Shown piece by piece: positions 26,303 through 36,200 of a stretch of 61,360 nucleotides of DNA. The position numbers and the translations under genes are program-made. Origin of the DNA: Nemertoderma westbladi (Eukaryota; Animalia; Xenacoelomorpha). Position 1 is the stretch's first letter. Each line of letters begins with the position of its first letter. The notes below the pieces were generated by a model. That model had not been told where the DNA came from and did no database searches. It saw nothing but the letters and a program-made list of their open reading frames with translations. The DNA lies in contig JAUCBJ010008495.1 in the NCBI GenBank assembly GCA_032718475.1, positions 1-61,360 on the forward strand, read 5' to 3'.

Positions 26303-27300
26303 CACAGTGTGCCTCAAAACTTGGTCCCCAGCAGAAATTTTACAAGGTCATTTGTGAGATAGTAATTCTATTTATGCTGGGGCTTTTTTTATTGATTCTG
26401 ATTCGTATGGAGCACTCTATTACTCTATATAAGTGTAAGGGAAGTGGTACGTCATTTTTGGTGCACTAAAATTAGGGCGTGGCACTTAAAATTTTCAAAA
26501 TTGCAATATTCGTTAAATACTCCGAAGTTTTGATTTCAACGTATTTGAATGGGTTATCTGGCCCGCTTAATCGATTGAAAGTAATATAGAAGACTCAATT
26601 CTTAGTGGTACATCATTTTTGGTGCACCAAAATTAGGGCGTGGCAAGTAGGCTTACTTCAAATTTTCAAAATTGTGATATTCAGAAAATACCACAAGGTT
26701 TTCATTTCAACCCATTTTTATAGGTTATCTGGACCGCCGAATCGATTGAAAGTAATATTGAAGCATCAAGTCTTAGTGGTATGTCATTATTGGTACACCA
26801 CAATTAAGGCGTGGTACTTTTTCAAAATTTGAATAAGTTCTACTGTACTCCCTAATTTTGGTGCACCAAAAATGCCGAACCACTAAGTCTTCAGGCTTCT
26901 ATAATACTTTCAATTGATTCAGCGGTCCAGAAAACCTTTAAATGTGCGTTGAAATCTCAACTTTGGTTTATTTTCCGAATCTCGTATTTTTCAATATTTG
27001 AAGTGCCACACACTAATTTTGGTGCTCCAAAAAGGACGATCCACTAAGTCTTCAGGCTTCGATAATATTTTCAATCGATTCAGCGGTCCAGAAAACCTTT
27101 AAATGTGCGTTGAAATCTCAACTTTGGTTTATTTTCCGAATATCGTACAGTATTTTTCAAAATTTGAAGTGCCACGCCTACTTCTTAGGTGCACGAAAAA
27201 TAGCATCCAGTTCAATTTTCGGAAATGGAATATAATAACATTCGATTCAGCGTAGTAAAAAACCTACTAATGCTAGCCAACAATGCCACACTATCAATAT
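26303..27300. mobile_element. Foldback-type DNA element with ~160-170-bp subterminal repeats in both orientations; starts with CACAGTG (Transib-like)
   Basis: gtggta..tcatttttggtgcac.aaaattagggcgtggca occurs three times (~26445, 26605, 26776) and then in reverse complement (~26850, 27010, 27170). The left end is CACAGTG; the right end is not clearly found. Confidence 0.55.
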
Positions 27301-27329
27301 TTAGAATATCGAAAAAATGTATATTTTAT

Positions 27330-27552
27330 CCTGGGACTACTTCTATTTTTCATGAAAATTATTATACCCACCTTATAAAATTTTCATTTTTTTGGATTTG
27401 AAAATGTTCTTCGATAATTTTTTCACCTACAGCCCAAATTTCGTAGAATTTTATTGGATGATTACAAAAATACAGCGGGGAGGCCGAATCGACCTCCCGC
27501 CACTGGTGCTGCTAATGGTCTAAACACCCCAGTGGTAATACAGTAGGGTTAA
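27330..27552. mobile_element. Right end of a piggyBac-like non-autonomous element
   Basis: Ends ...aaacaccccagtggtaata[cagta]GGG-TTAA (TTAA at 27549-27552), with a gggagg..ga.tcgacctccc subterminal palindrome. No left end was seen. Confidence 0.4.
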
Positions 27553-28937
27553 TGCTACAGTAGGCGTCGTGCTCTACTGCATAATGCTGTAATGTGAATC
27601 TATAAGCCGACAGGCATACAGTAGGTTAGGTACTGCCGCTGATAGCTGAACTATAAAACACTGAGAATTGTACCTAGTTAGTGTGTACACAGATACAGCA
27701 TGTACAGTACTGTATGTATTGTGCCGGGAACTTAACACTTATTCCGGGAACTTGGCTCTTTCCGGTTTCAGGGGCACTGAAATTTTATATATGAAGGGTT
27801 TGTATTTTTTAAGTTCTCCTTTATTAAGTGTTGTATAGCGATTATTTCTATCTTACAAAATGTACAATCTGCTACGCACTGTATTATTGGTGTTTAAATA
27901 TATTTGTAATAAAATCATCATGTGTGCTGAGGTAGCGGTAGCTGCGACAATTTAAAGCACTTTCGAGTTGCAGGTTGCGTTTCATTGTAAACCCATTACT
28001 TCGTTATAATTAAATGTACAGCGTTATTAGTATTAACTGTTAAAATATATTATTTAAAAGTTACAATACAGTAATGTGCTATAAAAAAAACGAGTTAAAC
28101 AATGTTAAAATTTTGGAATAAAATACCGTACAATTCCTAACGCAATGAGAAACAAACTATATGTCTATATACAGTAAGCTTTACTTCGGTTTCACCTCAG
28201 TGTAGTTAAACTGATGAATTTTTCAAGTTCACATCAATTATATATCATTTTATAAAACATTAGAACAAATGTACACTAGATAAAGCTGTACTGTACTTAC
28301 CACGCTGCCAGTATTGTAGATGACGCACTGTTCTGTAAATGCTAATGTAAAATGCCGACTGTTAGAATAATTACATGGGAATTAACAGTTGCTTGATTAA
28401 ATTACACAAACCGATATTGATAACAGAATAATTAATGAACCTTTGCAACAGAATAAGGAAGCGAATAATGTACTACGACCTCAACCAGTCGCTGTCGCAA
28501 CTGATAAGGAAAGCGATAGAGAAAGTAGGCCTACACTTAGAAGTGTTAACAACAATCACTATTAGAGGACACCATATCCCGTAATATACATTGCATTAGT
28601 GCCGCTGGCATATTATCCGATTGCACTTGAGTTGCATGGAATGAAATAGTGCAGTTGTAGCTAGCAGTATTAGTATTAGCAGATAATTTTAGTTTTTTGT
28701 TTTGTTGGTGGTGGATATTGGGTCGACTTCTCTAATTTTTAAAATTGTTAAAAGATTAACAACTGAAAGTCGTAATTGAAATCTTCGATTAAATTTGATA
28801 ATGATGGATGGTGAGGGGGCTACTACTGTGGTTTACAGTATTCCACTTTTTGGACTTTATGGCCGTCGAATATTTTATTATTATTCCACGAAGTGAGGGA
28901 GAACCTTACTTTAAAACTAAAGTAAAGTAAATATTTA

Positions 28938-29108
28938 CAGTGCGGACCCTCCAGAACTTTACTCCCCAGAGGAAACTCCAGTACTCATTTAGCTACATCG
29001 TAAGGATGCAATGCAGAGATGCGCCCTGGCTGGTCCGAAACGAAAACTGCTCTGGCCAATGCGAGTGCGAGCACAATGGCAGATGTGAATTCAATACAAC
29101 CACTCCAC
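28938..29108 (-). mobile_element. SINE copy (same family as 56764-56962)
   Basis: Shares cagtgcgg.ccc.ccagaactttactccc...ggaaactccagtactcattt.gctac...gcagagatgcgccctggctggtcc...gaaacgaaaactgc...agatgtgaattcaat with the 56.8-kb copy. Confidence 0.75.
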
Positions 29109-29818
29109 TCTATTTCTTAACAGTTCCTACAGATATAACAAATGTTAAATAGAGAGCAGAGAGCAGAGAGCAATCCGCATTATATTGCAATTTAATTTGC
29201 CATACACACTTATATTTTACTGATTATTCATACTATAGTAGGCCTATATTTCAGTATTACATGTATATCTGTAGGCCTCCTACTGTACAATAAAGCTAGG
29301 GTTTATATTGTATAGGTCATAACTGAAATTCCCAGAATTCCCAGAATATCACCTGCGTTTTACTGCGAGTTATTCACTGTTGGTTGTTCCTATGAATATC
29401 CCTGTACAAATAGCACACTGCCGTGTTCCTCTGTGCATATACTGTATACTATACAGTATAATAGAAGGCCTACATGTACAGTGGGACTATCTCCATTATA
29501 ACCATTGCCAAGATTTAAACACAAATAGCAATTAAAAATAATATGTTGTCTCTGTTTTTAATTTGTGACTACATGTGGCAATTCCTAGAATTAGTGGCTC
29601 TACAGTACTGACAGTAAGTAAGTAAGTTGTTGTAAATTAAAATGCATTTGGAATTAGAGTGGATTTATTAGTTCGATAAGAATGTGGATTAGGTGGCAAA
29701 ATCCGATAATAAATTAATCATACAGTATGTGTGGCTTGGATGTAAATGTAAATCTGAGAGGGGATGGGCAGATGCTACATGTAATGTAGTAGTCATAATC
29801 ATGTTTGTCATCATAAAG

Positions 29819-31051
29819 TGTAAAAGCTTTTGCGTAATTAGCCGGTTATTATCCCCGTAAAGTACTCTGTGGTTGGTTTACCAGGCATAAAAAGGCCGTG
29901 TCCTTGCTGTACTGGTGTTTTGGAGGACATAAAAGCCATTTCTTCTGTATTTGTACTTTAGAGGACATAATCTGTAATTTCGTGACGTAAAAGGCTCGAT
30001 ACTCTTGAAAACAGTGTCGCTACCATGACGACGGCTAACGGCTGATATTGCCACGTTGCAACTTTCTGTATCTGCCAATAGAATTTGAGTTAGCTTTGAT
30101 TTTGACCTATCACAGAGCTACTGAACTGAATTTTCCTATCTCACTGCTCTTTCTCTGTGTTGAACGGGAGCTTCGTGGAATAAGGGTAGCTGGTATTCTT
30201 ATAGTTATTCTTATCAGTGTTGTTGGTGATTCTAAGCCAGGAAGAACGGCTTTAGAGTATTTTGTGCTTTTATGCTTTAGCCTTACACTAGTAGGCTTAA
30301 TTATAAGGACATATATCCGTTATCTGCATACTGCAGTACTGCATACACTGCATACTGTGTAACACTGTGCATACTTTATATTGTTATACTGCTATTTACT
30401 GTCAGTTCTTCATAATATGGTTGATGAATTATTATATTTGGAATAACGACAAATAACCCCGAAAACCCAATATTCTTGATATACCGAAGGTAAGAGAGAA
30501 AGGTTACAGATAAATGATTGCGACCTATGTTGAGTGGTTTGAAGTGAATCTAATGTTATTTGATAGACCCTACATGAGTCAGTCCGTGTTCCTTTTATAT
30601 GTGACTAAAATCAGTGAAGATCGGCAGATCAGTGTGCAGTATTGTGCAGCATTGTGTATGAGTGAGACTGATAACGAAGCATTTCCTAAAGAATGCGCCA
30701 TATATGTGAATTGTAACTAAGCCATATCGTTGTGAGTAGTTTAAGTCATAACTCTGTTTATATAGATAGAGCGCCACGTCCTAAAGGAACTGTTAATATT
30801 CCCTGAAGGTGAATAATATTGTCAGAGATTATATAATACTGTCAGTCGAATAATACATTAGGCTTACATAGCAATAAGATTAAGCTGTCGAAATCAATCT
30901 CCCGGGTATATCCAACGGGTGAATGATCGCGCACAGATTGGTTTCAACTAGTATAGTGAATCAAATACTTGTTAGAGGCTAAAGCGATTTATTATCTAGA
31001 AGACATCCTAATTTGGCAGGTTAAACTGCCAAAGGTCTGAAAGCGCGAACA
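29819..31051 (+). repeat. 5' LTR
   Basis: TGTAAAAGC...GCGCGAACA. By eye it differs from the 3' LTR only at 30953/42490 and 31018/42555 (A vs G). Confidence 0.97.
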
Positions 31052-31063
31052 ATAACGGATATA
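31052..31063 (+). promoter_or_regulatory. Primer-binding site, non-tRNA (self-complementary to the LTR)
   Basis: ATAACGGATATA directly after the LTR is the exact reverse complement of TATATCCGTTAT at 30312-30323. It has no TGG start. Confidence 0.7.
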
Positions 31064-31429
31064 GCTTCTTTATTGCAGTAAGCAATAAAGTTGAAAGTAC
31101 CGGTCAACCGGTAAACCTGAACGGTAGATCTGTAGGTCAGTAGGCCCAACTGCCAGAACCGGTACTGCCGTAGGTCCGTAGGTCCCACTGCCAGAACCGG
31201 TACTTCTGTAGGTCCGTAGGCCCGACTGTCCTAACCGGTACTTCCAGTATAAGTACATTAGTATTATTCGATTTTGATAATTATATACCGGTAGGCCTTA
31301 ATAATTAATCAGGGACTGCAGCCCTGGTTTTTTATTGAGATTTTTACTTATTTCTGTCAAGTTTTATTTGTTTGTAGGCCAGTATTGAACAGAAGGCGTG
31401 TAAGCCTGATCAGATTGTACAGACAATTT

Positions 31430-31995
31430 GTAGGCTGAGCTGTTGTCTGATTGCTGTTAAGTCTGAACGGATTGCAGTGTGTGTAGATCACCTGTCCGAT
31501 AAAGAACGGCTAGGAAGTAGGGGCAGCGAATGCTGTAAGGTAAACCCCCAATTAAAGAATAAGTCGTACTACTGGGTTAGAACGCATACTACCTAATTAT
31601 TTCGGAGTCTGCATGTCCTGTAGTTTATTTAGGCTTGAGAGTAGTCTGCCATCGTTTAGTCTGTACTTTGTTTGTGTAAGTCTGTACGGGTAGCGTATAA
31701 TTTTATTTAGATAATTTGTAGGCTGGATAGTTGTCTGGCTGTTATTAGGTCTGAACGGATTGCTGCGTGTGTAGATCACTTGTCCGATAAAGAACGGTTA
31801 GGAAGTAGGGGCAGCGAATGCTGTAAGGTAAACCCCCAATTAAAGAGTAAGTCGTACTACTGGGTTAGAACGCATACTACCTAATTATTTCGGAGTCTGC
31901 ATATACCGTAGTTTGTTTAGGCTTGATAGTAGTCTGTCAGTGTTCGGTCTGCATTTTGTTTGAGTAGTTTGTACGCGTAGCGTAATATTTATTAT
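31430..31995 (+). repeat. 288-bp tandem duplication in the retroelement leader
   Basis: gtctgaacggattgc...gataaagaacgg.taggaagtaggggcagcgaatgctgtaaggtaaaccccc...ttcggagtctgcat occurs at 31461 and again at 31749. Confidence 0.85.
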
Positions 31996-33298
31996 TCAGA
32001 GTTTATGCGATTATCCGCAACATTCATTCCCCAAGTTTGTTCCTACAATAATTGTGTTTGTTATACATACCGCTATAGTTAAATTAACCCCGGTACTACA
32101 CGGGCTGCTTGGCGTAGGTAAAGACTGGTGATTTTGTGCATCGGTCACTCCAGCAGATGCCGTGGTTCTTTTAGCTGTTCAAGTATATTTAACTACAGAT
32201 TATATGTTATACAAGTACTCGTACCTAATTTAGGGTTTAGTGTACAGTGCTTTCCGAAAGTAATTAGTAGGCATTATATTTGTGGTGTAAAGTGGTTAAT
32301 AGGCACGTTCGATTAGCTCTATTAACTTCTAGGTAGGAACACTCCGTGATACATAACGTAGTACCTATAGCGATACGGCTATAGGTCGTCAGGCGGTGGT
32401 ATTTTCCTATCTGGACAACGCAGTGTATTTACTACTACTTATTATTTCAAATACCGTAGTACCCTGTCCGTTGTAATAACCAGATTTCTAACCCTTTGTT
32501 AGGCTGGTTTGTAGACTTCTTGTAAAATTACCCTAAAAATTAATATTTTGTGTTTTTTGTAAATTTTTGTGTTTATTTAGAGATTGTAATCTCACCCGAA
32601 TTGTACGTAATTTGTAGTATTAAGTAACTTAGGTAAATTAGAATTATTTGTTTTAGTGTCCTATAAGTAACACTTCACTGAAAGCGCACCGCTTTGTGTA
32701 GTGATTACTCCCCAGAAATAATAACATTTATTTCAAACATTGACAAAACCCATTAAAACGGGTATATATATATTATAAATCAAATCTAACGATTTATAAA
32801 TAGTAGGCCTACCATACAACCATTAGGTCTCCATATCAGTTGGTCTACTGCTCAAATAGCGGTAATAAAGTAAGTAAAGTAACCAAGTAACCCTAAAATT
32901 CAGAAATTCAATTATTTAAAATAATTGATATACCGGTACTTACGATAGGCCTATTATCTTTATTTCAATAAATTTAGGCTGAAATTATACCGGTACTTGT
33001 AATTAATTCTAGTCCAGAATTATATATACTACAAACTGTAAGCTGTATACCGGTATTCCCGATAGGCCTATTATATATTTATATATTTGTGCTAAAATTA
33101 TACCGGTATTCTGTGATAAACCTAGTCTGTAATAATAGTTATATATACTATAAGCATACCGGTATTCTAATATATTATATATCACGCTACACTGAGTAGT
33201 AGTACCGGTAATTAATTACTAGGCTAGCAGTTAATACTGAGTTACTAGACTTGCTCAGACTGTAATACAGCAGTAGACATTCAACGGTACACATAAAC

Positions 33299-36200
33299 AT
33301 GTCTGATACTAAGCAGAACCTGTCAGACAGTTTATTAGATGTAACTATCTGCGACTCAGATAGAGGCGTAGAACCATCTAGTCGTAAGTTCAGTTCACCT
33401 CCCACTGTGAGGAAAGTCATCCCTCCAGTAGTAATAAAAGAACCTAGGCTGGTTCAACATCGTAGGTCTATCATAGGCACTCGAGCTCAGGTCAAACGGG
33501 ACCAAGAAGCAGCGGAACAGCAACAACCCGCGAGCCAAGAACTTACTTCTCAACGGCCCAATAGCTCCAGTAGTGAAGATACGGTAGAACTGACACCCGA
33601 ACGCGGAGCAAGGATGACGGATGAGGTTTATTCGGATCCCCTTCTCATCCTTCCTGCAGCCGTACTCACTAGGTTATTGATCGCTGTGGAAGAACACCAG
33701 ATCGATTGGGCGAGAAGCCAGCGTTCAACTAGAGATAGTTATGCTGGATACACAAGGGAAGAACTGAAGTCCATGGTTGAGTCGCAATGGAACTTCCCCG
33801 GACCCGGACTCCCGTTTGATTTATCAGAAGCTGCCTGGGAAGACATACACCGGATGGGAGTAGCCAAGGAAACCATCGATCCAGCTGTGTGGAAGAGGTC
33901 CGCAGCCGGATACGCACAGGGATTCTTCAGCTCTATAGAGCGATTAAAAGAACAACTGTTTCATCAACCTCAAGGACCTCAAGAGCAGGGATTGCTGCTT
34001 TATCAAGTTAGAGAAAGAATTCTGCGAATCAGGCTAATCTTATCGGCCTTTGAGGAGGCTTCTAAACGAAGACAAGACACGTCGTTGCAAGTCGCCGTAA
34101 AGACTTGGTTTCAAAGGGTGAATCTCCAGGTTCAAGGAACAGCTCAGTGGAAAGCTCAGCTGGAGGAGCGATCAACCCATGGAGAATCAACAGACGCTAC
34201 TTTTTCCCAAGTGGAAAGTGAAGCGACGGCAGAGAAACCGCATAAGAGGGATGCCATTGACATCTATCTGTCAGACTATCAACGTTTTTTAGGTGATGAC
34301 GAGTTGAGGAGAAGGTTAGAGGGACTTAGCCCTAATAGTGAAGGAACCAAGCTTGTGTTGGATGCCATCGATGTGGAAATGAGGGCTGCGAACCAGGCTG
34401 AATTTGATGAACAACTCCGCATCACACGAGCCCAAGAAGAACAAGTAAAGAAAAAACGTATAGAAGACAGAAAGAAAGCAGCAGTGGTAGCTGCAGAAGC
34501 AGAAAGAAAAGCGGCAGCGGCAGAGGCAGCAGCAGAGGCAAAAGCGGCAGCGGCAGCGGCAGAGGCAAAAGTGGCAGCGGCAGCGGCAGTGGCAGAGGCA
34601 AAAGCAGCAGCGGCAGCGGCAGCGGCAGCGGCAGAAGCAAAGGCGGCCGAGGCTGAGAGAAAGGCCGCAGAGGCAGTGGCAGAAGCCGAACGGAGAGCGA
34701 CTGAAGAAACCACCCAATTAGAATTGGAAAACATTCAGGAGAATCAAGACTGCATAAATAAACAGTTAACAGCTAGTAATATGCAGATGATGAATCGATC
34801 TACTCCCAAAAGACAGGGATATACATCATCTGAGGAAGGCGATACCACCGATACGGAAGGCAAGGGAAATAGATCTCGTCTAAGTAGACGTAAAAGAACA
34901 TTCCACAGTCAGAAATTGCCTGATTTGCCTCCAGCTGTTAGAAGGCAACTAAATAACACCAACTTAGGTAGTACAGAGCCCACAGACCAAATAATTAAAA
35001 TAGAAAGACTCCCTACGATAGTAGATGAGCCTGAAATAATTAGGCCTGTTCTTGAAATCACCCCTTCTGTGATAGACACACCTGTGCTCCCTGAAACTAC
35101 CTCTAAATTCCCTCTGCATAGCACTAAGCTACCTGTGCCCCGCAGAACTGCCCAGGAGACAGTTCAGGTCCTGGACCCCGAGCGAAATATTCATAATTTG
35201 TCGCCCGTTGTCCCTCGTCCGCCCGCTACAACGTTGGCGACTCCCGCTTCGGCGGTCGAATGGGTGGACGAGAGACGGCGGGGGATGGATATCCTGCTCG
35301 GGCAGATGCAGGAGACTGTCCAGCAATTCAAGGGCACAGTAAGGGAAAGTAGACTAGAGTTGCAAGAAGTGCAGCAAAGTATCGCGCTCGAACGCGATAA
35401 ATTAGTAAATACTCAAAGGGGTATACCACCACCCTCTGTAACAATGTGTCAACCTGTTAGGTCTGAAGTATCTCATGCGCAAGGTGTGGAGCCTACACGC
35501 ATATATACTGCTAGCGAAGTAGAAACTCCTATAGTGAACCCTATTAAGGGTAATTATAGACCTGTTGATAATGACATTCCCTATAGAACTGATCATAATC
35601 CGAGAAATTTATATACCGATAACTCGATATTAAATAACACGATGGCCCAAGAAAGTTTTACGCGTCAAATGGCTAGAACCGAAGCCCGGCAAGCGGTGAA
35701 GGTGGGAGAGATAGTCAAATTCAATGGAGATGAGATGAAATGGTTACCTTTTAATGAATATTACAAAGATAACATACAGAACTCTGTGCTATCTAATGGA
35801 GAGAAACTTAGATTCTTCATCGAGTGCTTGGAAGGATCTCCCAAGTCAATGGCGTTAAAATTTATTGGACATCCAGATGGATTAAGACAAGTTTGGGATA
35901 CACTAAACATCAGGTATGGTAATAGGACTAACATAGCTAGGTATTTATATGCGAAATTAATGGCGCCCCGAAAGTTTCTTAGCAGCGGGATTATAGAGTT
36001 TTCCGATGAGATTCAGGAGATCTGTAGACAACTAGATTGGTTAGGTAAGTCTCATGAATACCAGAATTCTATGGTTGTAGGAGCCTTAGCATCTACTTTG
36101 CCCAAGGGTGGAGTAGGTACACGCTGGGACAAGAAGGTGTTATATATGATGGAACAACAACGACGAGACCCTACCATGACTGATCTCATGTCATTCTTAG

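Noticed and set aside
29878-30777. Small ORFs in the LTR (duplicated at 41415-42314), including a hydrophobic 104-aa ORF
   Set aside because: The duplication is explained by LTR identity. Most have non-ATG starts, and none has a recognisable motif.
34279-34734. Antisense Ala-, Cys/Arg- and Leu/Pro-rich ORFs
   Set aside because: They are shadows of the (GCGGCA)n tract in Gag.
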